Shown piece after piece: positions 18,354 to 27,223 of a DNA stretch of 64,000 nucleotides. The stretch is from sequence record NC_049849.1; one strand, 5' to 3'. The position numbers were made by a program, and so were the translations under genes. The first letter of the stretch is position 1. Each line of letters opens with the position of its first letter. Under the pieces are notes generated by a model that saw only the letters and a list, made by a program, of their open reading frames with translations, was not told where the DNA came from and did no database searches.

Positions 18354-18784
18354 ATCAAATGATTAGCTTTCAAGACAAGTCTCTGGACGAAATTCTGGAA
18401 CTTGCGCACATCGGTCAGATCGCATTGCGCTTCGTTGATCGCGCAGGTGACCATGATCCGCAGCACGATCCAGCAGAGCGTATCTGCGATGAGTTCAGCA
18501 AGGCCGTAGCGGACTTCACGCACGAGCAACGGCAGGTGCGTATGCGCGAGACGATGGAGCACGGTCAAGTGTGGCGTGTGTCTTTCCGCACGTTCCATCG
18601 TACCGCAGTGATCGAAGTCGATAGGTTCAATGACTTCGGCATCACCTTTCGGTTTTATGATTGGTTTCGTCAGCCGCAACTGCCCGAAGCACTTCAGCAC
18701 GGATCACGAGTGCGCTACAGTTGGGAAGAAGTCGAGTTGCTCGGGCAGCTGACTGGAGAAGAAGGCGAAGACTGGTCGCTCTAA
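18350..18784 (+). CDS. hypothetical protein
   Basis: GTGA overlap. Confidence 0.55.
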   Translation: MNQMISFQDKSLDEILELAHIGQIALRFVDRAGDHDPQHDPAERICDEFSKAVADFTHEQRQVRMRETMEHGQVWRVSFRTFHRTAVIEVDRFNDFGITFRFYDWFRQPQLPEALQHGSRVRYSWEEVELLGQLTGEEGEDWSL

Positions 18785-18785
18785 A

Positions 18786-18794
18786 TCGTAAATA
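18786..18794 (+). promoter_or_regulatory. TCGTAAATA putative phage promoter
   Basis: Exact 9-mer just after a stop codon. Confidence 0.6.
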
Positions 18795-18825
18795 TGCAAT
18801 GCACACAACTTCAACAAGGAACGAA

Positions 18826-19200
18826 ATGAAAACCCTGAAAGACATGATGTACCCCGCAGTCATCTACGCAATTTATGGCATCCTGTTTTACTTCTGGCAA
18901 TTCCAAGGCCGTGAGGCTGCTGGCACCGCACTCATCACTCTGCTGTGGGTGGGTACGTGCATTGGAGTCCTCGGAATCTTCACCATCGGCCGAGTTGAGC
19001 CCGAGAAGTTGAAGCGCACTCCGCTGGCCATGTTTATCGGCATGCTCATCAGCTTGGGGATATTTGGTGTGCTGGTGTGGGCGGGCAACGTGGTTCTCGG
19101 TACCGTGTACATTATCGTCAGCTTCATTCTGATGGCACGCCGTGCTGAAATTATGAAAGAAGCTGGTGCCGCTAAAGCCGTCTGGAAAGAGGTGCAGTAA
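18826..19200 (+). CDS. four-TM membrane protein
   Basis: Four hydrophobic segments; AAGGA SD; start trimmed from ORF 18661. Confidence 0.7.
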   Translation: MKTLKDMMYPAVIYAIYGILFYFWQFQGREAAGTALITLLWVGTCIGVLGIFTIGRVEPEKLKRTPLAMFIGMLISLGIFGVLVWAGNVVLGTVYIIVSFILMARRAEIMKEAGAAKAVWKEVQ

Positions 19201-19757
19201 TGAAACCGTGCGAACTCATCGTGTACAACGGCCATCAGTGGGGCCGCCTCGCAAGTGCTATTCGCTACATTCAGATGCCGGACACCACCGGCGAAGGTCC
19301 TGACATTTGGGAGCGAGTGTTGCCCACTAATCTGATGTTCGAAGCGCACTATGTGCGAATCGTCGGCAACGATAAGCCAATCAAGAACAAGGGCAGCTAT
19401 GTAGAACCTGATTACGTCATGGAGTTGCCGTTGGCAGTTGCTGAGGAAGAAGACCTCGGCGGCTTCACGGGGTTTCGAGCGGTTCGGTTCTTTGCTGAAC
19501 ACGACGACTACTTCTTTGTGCTGGGTGCACCCAAGCTGCAAACGCTGGACCAAAAGACAATCTGGATCGGCGACCGTACACATACGCTGCGGCTTCTGCG
19601 CAAGGTCTACCACGAAGGGGCGCATTACATTGTGCGCTTGGAGCAAGACGACCAAGGCGCTGCGCGCTACACGCTGTTCAATGGTTTGACAGACATTCAA
19701 ACTGCCCGCAGCATATTCAACAATGCAAAGAAGTTGCATCAACCGGAGACTGCATAA
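19200..19757 (+). CDS. hypothetical protein
   Basis: TAATG coupling. Confidence 0.65.
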   Translation: MKPCELIVYNGHQWGRLASAIRYIQMPDTTGEGPDIWERVLPTNLMFEAHYVRIVGNDKPIKNKGSYVEPDYVMELPLAVAEEEDLGGFTGFRAVRFFAEHDDYFFVLGAPKLQTLDQKTIWIGDRTHTLRLLRKVYHEGAHYIVRLEQDDQGAARYTLFNGLTDIQTARSIFNNAKKLHQPETA

Positions 19758-20365
19758 TGCTGGTCCTGTTCAAGCAAGTAAACAAGGATATGCTGGAAGC
19801 TAAGATTGCAACTCGCAGCGAGCAAGAACTCGAACTGAAGCAGTACCACGACGAATACTGCGAGGCTATGTGGCCTGTAGGTGGAGCAATGTCCAAGATC
19901 ACCGTCGCGTATCAGAACGCTTGGTACGAAGACTCGGAGAAGACCAAGCTCGTCAACTTCGATTGGTCCGCCGCCCGTGGCATCTTTTCAATCAAGCACA
20001 CGAACAGTGCGCGTGTCCGCTTCGACCTCGCCAAGAACTGGGAGCCGCAGGACTTCAAGATCGAAGTTCTGGAAGAACTGAACGAAGCGCTGCAATACAG
20101 CGAAGGTGATATCTACGTGACGGTAGAGCAGGCCAAGGCCTTCTACCAAAGCCCGAAGGTCTTTAAGGCAATCCAGCACGCCAAGGAAGTCATTGCGTTG
20201 GCAAAGGAAACCGCACGGCTGATGCAGCTTGACGAATTCAACGCAGTCTTCTTGGAACCTCTGCTGAACATCAAACGGCAACGTACCGAAGAAGAAAAGC
20301 TGCAGACAGCTGGCTTCCTAGCGTCATGGCTGGCATCGAAGACCAACAAGGAGGCAGGCAAATGA
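19757..20365 (+). CDS. hypothetical protein
   Basis: TAATG coupling. Confidence 0.65.
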   Translation: MLVLFKQVNKDMLEAKIATRSEQELELKQYHDEYCEAMWPVGGAMSKITVAYQNAWYEDSEKTKLVNFDWSAARGIFSIKHTNSARVRFDLAKNWEPQDFKIEVLEELNEALQYSEGDIYVTVEQAKAFYQSPKVFKAIQHAKEVIALAKETARLMQLDEFNAVFLEPLLNIKRQRTEEEKLQTAGFLASWLASKTNKEAGK

Positions 20366-20565
20366 GCACTGCAGATTTTCGAGTCGTTCGCAACTACAGT
20401 CAGCGCGAGTTTCAACAGGACGTGAATGATTTGCTCAATGATGGCTATACGCTGCATGGTCCGATGATTACACACCTCGCAGGCTCCAGCATCCTGTACA
20501 TTCAGGCGCTGGTCTACACTCCGCCCAAGACCAAGACGCGGGCCAAAGCCAAGGATGAAGAGTAA
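20362..20565 (+). CDS. DUF1737-like small protein
   Basis: FRVVRNYSQREFQQDVNDLLNDGYTLHGP pattern; AAGGAGG SD. Confidence 0.55.
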   Translation: MSTADFRVVRNYSQREFQQDVNDLLNDGYTLHGPMITHLAGSSILYIQALVYTPPKTKTRAKAKDEE

Positions 20566-20741
20566 TGCTATCAGGCTGCTTGCTTCTCTTGGCCGCATTC
20601 CTGATAATGCAAACGGCTCTCGGTCTTTACACATCAGAACGCGCAGGCGCTATTGCATCCCTGATCGCTTTCCTGCTGTTGATTCTATCACTCGCGCTCG
20701 GCCTGTATGGCGTCGGTCGCATTCTCAAGTGGCTCTGGTAA
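20565..20741 (+). CDS. small two-TM membrane protein (58 aa, not in ORF track)
   Basis: Read by hand: MLSGCLLLLAAFLIMQTALGLY...; TAATG-coupled at both ends. Confidence 0.6.
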   Translation: MLSGCLLLLAAFLIMQTALGLYTSERAGAIASLIAFLLLILSLALGLYGVGRILKWLW

Positions 20742-21100
20742 TGGACAGCCCCGCAAACATTTGGGAGCATGGGATCGTCAGTCCCATCATCATCGAGTAC
20801 GGCGGCGAGCAGTTGATGCGCGACATAGTGCAGCTCATGGCGGAGTATGTCGCGACCTCGGGCAATGCACCTGAAGACTTCTACCTGATACTCGAGAAGC
20901 CCACGAAGCTGCCGGTACTCGGCGTAGAAGAAATGACGAGGACGGGGTGCTATCTAGGCTTGTACGTCAATACGCGGGAGTTCCACGACGGCGTATCCAA
21001 CATGCTCTGCGTTCACAGCATCACTATCGAAATCGACGACTCATCCGATCCAATGCGGATGACCAAGGCATACAACTCCATTCGACCAACTCTACAATAA
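20741..21100 (+). CDS. hypothetical protein
   Basis: TAATG-coupled ATG at 20741 (MDSPANIW...), trimmed from ORF 20555. Confidence 0.6.
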   Translation: MDSPANIWEHGIVSPIIIEYGGEQLMRDIVQLMAEYVATSGNAPEDFYLILEKPTKLPVLGVEEMTRTGCYLGLYVNTREFHDGVSNMLCVHSITIEIDDSSDPMRMTKAYNSIRPTLQ

Positions 21101-21106
21101 AAGATC

Positions 21107-21502
21107 ATGAACTACAAACGCGCATACGAAGAAGCACAGGCCCATCTGGAAACCCTCGCCAAGTTCGGCGGCACTCTCCAGCAGGCACGAGAACTTGCAC
21201 AGGTTGGGCTGACTCGCAGTGAAGACTTCGTGGTAGCAGAAGCGGCGGTGGCCGACACTCCGGCACGGCGTGACCCGGACGATCAGTTCGCTCACTATGT
21301 GGACCTCAAGCGGTCGGAACTGACGCTTGGAGACTTCACGGATGACGAGCTGGCGAACTACGCATTCATGAATTACGACCGTCGGCCTTCGATTGAAGAC
21401 TTGCTGACGGGCTGCGGTTACCCGCCCATCGCAATCATGACCGCAGTGAAGGAACGCATTCGCTGGTTGTCGCGCAAGTTGCTGCAAGCGCAAGGTCAGT
21501 GA
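21107..21502 (+). CDS. hypothetical protein
   Basis: Packed ORF. Confidence 0.6.
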   Translation: MNYKRAYEEAQAHLETLAKFGGTLQQARELAQVGLTRSEDFVVAEAAVADTPARRDPDDQFAHYVDLKRSELTLGDFTDDELANYAFMNYDRRPSIEDLLTGCGYPPIAIMTAVKERIRWLSRKLLQAQGQ

Positions 21503-21750
21503 TGGAAGCCCCAGTTACTGCTGTCATCCTGGGCCTAGGCTTGCTAGGCTACGCCGGGTGGCTTCATCGCACTGGTGACGATAGGTCTGCCGGAGGCGTC
21601 ATGATCGCGGTGTTGGCTGGAGCTGCTTCGTTCCTTACTGGAATCGTGGCGCTCGGATTCTACATACACGTATGGCTTGGACTCGGGCTGACTGCGTTGT
21701 TCATCGTGGGGTATGTATACTGGGCGGTACGCCTGTTCAGAGAACTGTAA
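21499..21750 (+). CDS. three-TM membrane protein
   Basis: Hydrophobic throughout. Confidence 0.6.
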   Translation: MMEAPVTAVILGLGLLGYAGWLHRTGDDRSAGGVMIAVLAGAASFLTGIVALGFYIHVWLGLGLTALFIVGYVYWAVRLFREL

Positions 21751-21950
21751 TGAGATTCCGCAATCCAAACTGGCATAAGTGGTGGGCCTGGCGTCCGGTA
21801 AAGCTGGATGACGGCACTTGGGTGTGGCTCGAGTACGTGCGGCGCCGATGGGACTATCAAGGCAAATCTTGGTCCACGGTTCCAGGTGCCCGCATTTCTT
21901 TTTACACTGGGTGTTATGAATACACCTGGCATGTTGACTACAAAAACTAG
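21750..21950 (+). CDS. small Trp-rich phage protein
   Basis: WHKWWAWRPVKLDDGTWVWLEYVRRR; TAATG coupling. Confidence 0.6.
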   Translation: MRFRNPNWHKWWAWRPVKLDDGTWVWLEYVRRRWDYQGKSWSTVPGARISFYTGCYEYTWHVDYKN

Positions 21951-21957
21951 GACGACT

Positions 21958-22422
21958 ATGACTAACTTTCTGGAAGCACTAGATCGAGACCGTGAGAAGC
22001 GCCGGCTGGCTAGCGAAGCATTCACTGCCAAATATCCGTGGATCAGTCCGAACGTTGAAGGTGACCTCGGCAAGTATCGGCCTGAAGTCTTTGAGCGTCA
22101 TCAGCATTACGCTGTACGCACGGGCGCCGCGCACAAGAGCATGCCTTTCATGATGCCGATTCATTCGCACGGGCTGGAGCGCGTCGATGGCTACGACTGG
22201 GAAATCTTCAGCGCCAGCCACCAAGGCACGATTGATGGCGTAGAATACATTTGGGGTTCCTTCGTGGAAGGCATCGGAGCATTTCACGTTATGGCGCCTA
22301 TGGAGTACGTGCGCGAACTCTCGCAAGCCGAACGCGATACCTGGTCGAAGGTCGTACTCGGCATGTACGGATCGCACACGGGCAAGCACTCGTACAACTT
22401 GAACTCTGGCGTTGAGCCATGA
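21958..22422 (+). CDS. hypothetical protein
   Basis: TAGGA SD; start trimmed from ORF 21808. Confidence 0.6.
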   Translation: MTNFLEALDRDREKRRLASEAFTAKYPWISPNVEGDLGKYRPEVFERHQHYAVRTGAAHKSMPFMMPIHSHGLERVDGYDWEIFSASHQGTIDGVEYIWGSFVEGIGAFHVMAPMEYVRELSQAERDTWSKVVLGMYGSHTGKHSYNLNSGVEP

Positions 22423-22694
22423 AGCTTTTTACGTTCACGCACCCTACCATGACCGAGGATGTTGTGGTGAAGCGTATCAAAGGTAAGAAGGGACAGCCCG
22501 ACCAGGAAGGCTACGAGCTTTACGTATCGTATGCTGTGGTTGGACGCGACGAGGAGCATGCCCGTACGTGGGCCGCTCGCAAGATCGAGTGCCGTCCTGA
22601 CATTGACCCCGGCGGCTTTCTCATGCACGACTGGAAGCTGATTAGAGAACAACAACTCCCATCTACTTGGGACAATTACTGGACTGGAGTATAG
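22419..22694 (+). CDS. hypothetical protein
   Basis: ATGA overlap. Confidence 0.55.
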   Translation: MKLFTFTHPTMTEDVVVKRIKGKKGQPDQEGYELYVSYAVVGRDEEHARTWAARKIECRPDIDPGGFLMHDWKLIREQQLPSTWDNYWTGV

Positions 22695-22695
22695 A

Positions 22696-23316
22696 ATGGA
22701 TATTTCAAAGTGGCGGGTGGAACTCACTCGAGAAGAACATGCGAAGGTGATTGCCGACAAGATCGAAATGTTCGAAGCCGCACATCGCAAGTACTCTGAA
22801 ACGGAGAGTCAGTTCAAGAAAGTTTTTCAAACGCTCGAGTGCCGCATCAGCGCACTGGCTGAGAATTTTGCTGCGCGGTCGCAGATCAGTATCGAATTTG
22901 ACAACGAGTCAGGCAAGCGCATCCGTCTGGAAATGATGATGGATGCCAAACGCTTTCAGCCGGGCCCGAATGATGACCAGTGGTTCTTCAACGAGAACTT
23001 TATCTCGGCGCGAGTGTTCCTGCAGCGGGGCGACATATACTTCTCTCTGTCCAAAGCCATTGGTGGTGAACCTTGGCTCGACAACTACTCGACGTACTAT
23101 GCAGAAATGAAACGTGCGAGTACGTTTCTCGAGCATGCAGCGCGCATTCAGCTACCGGCCGATCAAGTGCAGTGGCTGGCCCTGAGCAACAATGACTTCG
23201 CCAAGCTGTGCGACTCGCAAGCCGCGAAAATGCAAACCGCTATGCTGACCTTGGGAGTCATCAACAATGTCGTTGATTCGATTGAGTCGCTCAACAATCT
23301 GCCGAGTACTCGATAG
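22696..23316 (+). CDS. hypothetical protein
   Basis: GGAG SD. Confidence 0.65.
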   Translation: MDISKWRVELTREEHAKVIADKIEMFEAAHRKYSETESQFKKVFQTLECRISALAENFAARSQISIEFDNESGKRIRLEMMMDAKRFQPGPNDDQWFFNENFISARVFLQRGDIYFSLSKAIGGEPWLDNYSTYYAEMKRASTFLEHAARIQLPADQVQWLALSNNDFAKLCDSQAAKMQTAMLTLGVINNVVDSIESLNNLPSTR

Positions 23317-23506
23317 CGATGCGTGGTTCACGCTCATGGTGTTTATCACGGCGGCGAGCATCTGTATTGCGTACGCCGTAGAGACCAAGCCGTTTCTACT
23401 GTTCGCGGCGATCATGAGTCTGCTGGCGCTGCTCTGGTCCTACTACCTAATCACCACCTCATGGATTGAAGACATAAAAGATGGCAACGAAGAAAAGCAA
23501 GGCTGA
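23267..23506 (+). CDS. small membrane protein (start uncertain)
   Basis: Two TM segments. Confidence 0.4.
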   Translation: MSLIRLSRSTICRVLDSDAWFTLMVFITAASICIAYAVETKPFLLFAAIMSLLALLWSYYLITTSWIEDIKDGNEEKQG

Positions 23507-24101
23507 TAGCCGGTCGGTGCACACCGATGCACTGGCCACTCTCGGTACGATCCACAAGCGCACGGAATTTCGAGACGCGATTCACTTGGCAGTTGAAGCA
23601 GTGGTTGCTGCCAAAGACTTGAAGCCCGGAGCTCACATCGGCTTCAACTCTAAGGGGCTGGCGTCGGATCGCGCACAGAAGAAGCTGGGCATTGTCGATC
23701 CGTTTCTGACGGCTCCGGTGTTGAAGGGTCAGCGTTTCTGGTTGGTGGTGTATCCGCGAGCCATTACGAGTCTGCGGCATGTGTGGAGTCACCCCGACTT
23801 CCCCGAGGCAGAGATTCCGATGGATTCACCGAAGCCTGTTGCAGAGCGGGCCACGCCCGAAGAACTGCAACGTATCCATTCAGTCGATTGGATCAAGCGG
23901 TTTGCGGAGTCGGTGGAGCGTCCATACGAAGCTTTGATGGACGGCGCGAGGGGGTACCTGAAGTACGGTGCCTGGATGAATGGAGGAGCCGAGTTTGAAG
24001 GCACCTTCAAGCAAGAGTTTTGGGACCACTACGAAATCGTCACGGGTGAATCCGTGACAAACCGTAATCGTGGTTCTTTCTTCAACTGCAGCTGCGGCTG
24101 A
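23481..24101 (+). CDS. conserved phage hypothetical protein
   Basis: RDAIHLAV...PGAHIG...GIVDPFL...FWLVVYP..ITSLRHVWSHP pattern, recalled as recurring in phage proteins. Confidence 0.7.
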   Translation: MATKKSKADSRSVHTDALATLGTIHKRTEFRDAIHLAVEAVVAAKDLKPGAHIGFNSKGLASDRAQKKLGIVDPFLTAPVLKGQRFWLVVYPRAITSLRHVWSHPDFPEAEIPMDSPKPVAERATPEELQRIHSVDWIKRFAESVERPYEALMDGARGYLKYGAWMNGGAEFEGTFKQEFWDHYEIVTGESVTNRNRGSFFNCSCG

Positions 24102-24113
24102 TAGGAGTATCTA

Positions 24114-24326
24114 ATGGAAACGCAACTTCAAGCAATCAAGAATATGATTTCTGACTACTTCGGTGACACCTCGCGGCCGGCGCATGAAACGCGTGAGGGT
24201 CTGGAAGACATTGCCAGTCACCTCGACTCGCTGCTCGACGTGCTGCCCAGTGATGATGACGCAGACGACTCGGACTGGGACAACGAAAGCGGTGATGACG
24301 ACGAAGATGTGAGTGACTGGGAATGA
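24114..24326 (+). CDS. small, highly acidic protein
   Basis: TAGGAG SD; D/E-rich C-terminus. Confidence 0.6.
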   Translation: METQLQAIKNMISDYFGDTSRPAHETREGLEDIASHLDSLLDVLPSDDDADDSDWDNESGDDDEDVSDWE

Positions 24327-24619
24327 TTGAGTCACCGGATGACGGAGTAGACGACCTCGACGACGAAGATGGTTGGTTCGGCGATGAGGACGCATGGTGT
24401 GAAGAGTGCGGCGGCGTCATTGGTGAGGACTGCGCGGCTTGGTGTCAGAGCAGGATAGAAGACGCAGAGAACGAGCAGGCAGAAAGCGACGAGCTGGACG
24501 AGATAGACCGGATGTGCGATCCGGCTATGCTTCCGCCCTTCACGAAGGCGGAGATAGACGCCGCTAAAACACGCGCAGAAGAACGCGCCCAATTGATGCG
24601 TGAGATTGATCCTATCTAA
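24323..24619 (+). CDS. small, highly acidic protein with CxxC
   Basis: ATGA overlap; CEECGG motif; D/E-rich. Confidence 0.6.
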   Translation: MIESPDDGVDDLDDEDGWFGDEDAWCEECGGVIGEDCAAWCQSRIEDAENEQAESDELDEIDRMCDPAMLPPFTKAEIDAAKTRAEERAQLMREIDPI

Positions 24620-24645
24620 TAGGGGAAGCGCGCATACGGCGTTCT

Positions 24646-24772
24646 ACGGGGACTACAGCGGTGTTGCATAAAAACAACGCCGGTCTGTAGTCCCTGTTTT
24701 CGTGATATCATATCTACACGGGGAAGTACAGTCCCGACATTCTTGTAATCCGTCGAATAGGAAAATCCGACA
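24646..24772 (+). promoter_or_regulatory. structured regulatory element, copy 1 (long hairpin + TGaTATCAT extended -10 + leader hairpin + SD)
   Basis: GGGACTACAG/CTGTAGTCCC and CGGTGTTG/CAACGCCG stems; near-identical copy at 33220. Confidence 0.75.
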
Positions 24773-25111
24773 ATGAAAAATCCCGCACAAGCTTGGCCGT
24801 TTCCCGTTGGTACAGACGCCAGCGGCAATGGTGTGTATCTCCCGCTGACGTGGCCGGTTCAATCGAAAGAAGAAATTGAACGCGACGCGAAAGAAGACGC
24901 CGTAAAAGAAACCGTACGCGAGTACGTGCGTTTCAATTGGCCGTTCACTGAATCCGATGTGAACTTCCAAGCCGTGGTGCAATTCGTACGCGACGGCAAG
25001 CTGTTGAATGCCGAGGACGCTTTGATGACCGACGCGATTGAACGCGGCATTGAAGACGCATTCGAGGACGCCCGCAACGACTGGAACCAATGCGGCGGCC
25101 TGGTCAACTAA
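24773..25111 (+). CDS. hypothetical protein
   Basis: First gene after regulatory element copy 1; TAGGA SD. Confidence 0.65.
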   Translation: MKNPAQAWPFPVGTDASGNGVYLPLTWPVQSKEEIERDAKEDAVKETVREYVRFNWPFTESDVNFQAVVQFVRDGKLLNAEDALMTDAIERGIEDAFEDARNDWNQCGGLVN

Positions 25112-25142
25112 GCAACAGCAACGCAGCAACCAATAACAATCT

Positions 25143-25412
25143 GTGAGTAGCGCAATGAAGAAACCTGCCAATCCTTTCGCACACATCCCGCCGGTCAAGA
25201 AGTCGATTGATGATCCTTTCAAGAAAGACAACCGCGCAGTACGTGCACCCATCGCGGACAAAGATGATGGCGTGGCACTCAGCGAAATCTTTCTGACGTT
25301 TGCAGCCGAACGGCGGCGCATGGCAAAGGTTGGCGCGATCAGTGACGAGGCCTGCCTCCGCGATATCGAACGCGCAACGCAGATGCTCAACAAGCTCACT
25401 ACTCTTCTGTAA
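25143..25412 (+). CDS. hypothetical protein
   Basis: GTG start within TCTGTG; alternative ATG at 25155. Confidence 0.6.
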   Translation: MSSAMKKPANPFAHIPPVKKSIDDPFKKDNRAVRAPIADKDDGVALSEIFLTFAAERRRMAKVGAISDEACLRDIERATQMLNKLTTLL

Positions 25413-25418
25413 TCCATC

Positions 25419-25445
25419 GGGCCTACGGGCCCTTCTCTCTTTTCT
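25419..25445 (+). terminator. short hairpin with pyrimidine tract (weak terminator or processing site)
   Basis: GGGCC-TACG-GGCCC-TTCTCTCTTTT. Confidence 0.5.
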
Positions 25446-25466
25446 CTGTGGAGCATTTCAAATGTC
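25445..25466 (+). repeat. 22-nt direct repeat TCTGTGGAGCATTTCAAATGTC spanning RBS and start codon
   Basis: Identical copy at 35594-35615. Confidence 0.8.
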
Positions 25467-25896
25467 TATCAAGTCCAACTGCATCGAGCTGCAAACGTTG
25501 ATGAACGCGCAAGCGTATCTGCGCACGGGTGGCGAGCTTACCCAGTCGATGGAAGCGGAACTCACACCCTGCCTTCAAAAGATCGAAGGCGCGGTCGCTA
25601 TGTGGGAACGCATGGAAGGTGTTCACCCGGAAATGTCCGAACTGATCGCTGCTCTGGTCGACAACAAAGTTTGGGTCAGTTCTGCGAAGCCGGACGACGT
25701 TATGGTTATTTCGTTCGCCACGCTGCAGAACGTTGTTGCCAAGTTCGCGCAAGACCGCAACCCCGAGCATCGCGACCTCGGCTTCGACACCAAGATAGGC
25801 GGCGTGCCGTTGTCGGCCAAGAACTCTGTTGGCTACGCGCTGCGTGTCGCTAACAAGCTGATCGACGACGCGTACCAAGGCAACGAGCCGGGCTGA
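25462..25896 (+). CDS. hypothetical protein
   Basis: GGAG SD; start trimmed from ORF 25300. Confidence 0.65.
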   Translation: MSIKSNCIELQTLMNAQAYLRTGGELTQSMEAELTPCLQKIEGAVAMWERMEGVHPEMSELIAALVDNKVWVSSAKPDDVMVISFATLQNVVAKFAQDRNPEHRDLGFDTKIGGVPLSAKNSVGYALRVANKLIDDAYQGNEPG

Positions 25897-25900
25897 TAAT

Positions 25901-25909
25901 TCGTAAATA
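25901..25909 (+). promoter_or_regulatory. TCGTAAATA putative phage promoter
   Basis: Exact 9-mer just after a stop codon. Confidence 0.6.
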
Positions 25910-25977
25910 ACCGACAGGGAGCCAGCGTGCTCCCTACTCGCACATTCAAACGTTGTGCTTTCTGTGGAGCGTGTGCC

Positions 25978-26247
25978 ATGACGCAAATCTCTAGCGAGCT
26001 TGCGAACATCAAGCAGGTGTGGGTGAAGTTCAAAGAGGGCGACACTCTCGTTACCTTCATCGAGTATATCGGCCTTGACTACTACACGGCGGTTCCCTTG
26101 AACAGCGCGCCCACCATCTACGTGCATAAGAGCGGCGACCAGTGGGAAGCTGCGTGCTTTGATGGCCGGGATCAGCGAGCGGTGTCTAGTCTTATGGACA
26201 CTCCCGAAGAAGCGTTCAACCTGTTGGTCAACGAATACTGGAAATAA
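25978..26247 (+). CDS. hypothetical protein
   Basis: TCTGTGGAGC RBS upstream of ATG 25978. Confidence 0.6.
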   Translation: MTQISSELANIKQVWVKFKEGDTLVTFIEYIGLDYYTAVPLNSAPTIYVHKSGDQWEAACFDGRDQRAVSSLMDTPEEAFNLLVNEYWK

Positions 26248-26248
26248 A

Positions 26249-26551
26249 ATGAAGACCAAACGCAAGCTCAAGGTCGTGGTGCCCTGCAAGTTCAAACACC
26301 ACACGTACGAAGTAGAGTACGAGCGCTCGTACTGGAGTGGGAAGTTGCCGCAGTACTCAGCAACGGTGCAAGGCGAGTACGGCCACCTGTATCCTGTCAT
26401 CGTGGTGACCCAGCGCCTGGACGGATTCTTTGTCGGCTACGTTCAGCTTGGCGCAGATAACGGATACGTTACCGTCATCACGAATCCGAAGCTCACGGCT
26501 GCCGAAGCGTACGCGATCCTGGCCCGTGACTACTGGGAAAATCGCTACTGA
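26249..26551 (+). CDS. hypothetical protein
   Basis: Abuts the upstream stop; C-terminus resembles the preceding gene. Confidence 0.6.
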   Translation: MKTKRKLKVVVPCKFKHHTYEVEYERSYWSGKLPQYSATVQGEYGHLYPVIVVTQRLDGFFVGYVQLGADNGYVTVITNPKLTAAEAYAILARDYWENRY

Positions 26552-26585
26552 GCTAGCGCCACAATCAACAATACAAAGGACAAAC

Positions 26586-27059
26586 ATGGCACTCAATCGT
26601 TACCCCGACGACTTCTTTCCGTTCACTGTGACTGCCTCCGAAGGCCAGCAGCCTTGGCGTCGAGTGAAGGGCTTTGAGCAGTGGGTTCAGTCGAACAGAG
26701 AAGTCTTCAAAGAGAAGTACGGCCGTCAGGTATACACCTCGATGGATGGCAGGATCGGATATCACAAAGTCTGGTCGTACTATGAGGCCGACCTCGTTGT
26801 CACCAGCGCGACGACTGCAGTTGTGAAGTTCTATGGGCTGGGGCGTGATTGGGACTTCAGCGGCGACTCAAAGCGCGGCGATCTGCAAGAGCAAATCGAG
26901 ATTACGCTCGACGAGTTCGACTTTACCGAAGTGGTCGAACGTAAAGCCTGGCTGTACTCAGTCGAAGTGCAGCAAGCCCGCGAAGCCGAACGCAAGCGCA
27001 TTGCGCGAGTACGTGAAACCGACGCCATCCTTATCGAATTCTTTGGAAAGCAGCTGTAA
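26586..27059 (+). CDS. hypothetical protein
   Basis: AAAGGA SD after a CA-rich leader. Confidence 0.65.
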   Translation: MALNRYPDDFFPFTVTASEGQQPWRRVKGFEQWVQSNREVFKEKYGRQVYTSMDGRIGYHKVWSYYEADLVVTSATTAVVKFYGLGRDWDFSGDSKRGDLQEQIEITLDEFDFTEVVERKAWLYSVEVQQAREAERKRIARVRETDAILIEFFGKQL

Positions 27060-27223
27060 TGCAAACCCTGATCCGCAACATCAACCAGTTACTCCTCAAC
27101 ATCTTCATCATCGTACTGCTCGCAGTGGTCGTGGTCGCCAGCTTCCACCTGTGGGGATGGATGGGCGTGTTTATCTCCGCACTCGTGATCGCAATTCTGC
27201 TGGCCTTTGGCAGCGGCAAATAA
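27059..27223 (+). CDS. small two-TM membrane protein (54 aa, not in ORF track)
   Basis: Read by hand: MQTLIRNINQLLLNIFIIVLLAVVVVASFHLWGWMGVFISALVIAILLAFGSGK. Confidence 0.6.
   Translation: MQTLIRNINQLLLNIFIIVLLAVVVVASFHLWGWMGVFISALVIAILLAFGSGK

Noticed and set aside
20555-20740. N-terminal part of ORF 20555-21100
   Set aside because: A different frame encodes a coupled 58-aa membrane protein (20565-20741), and the true start is probably 20741.
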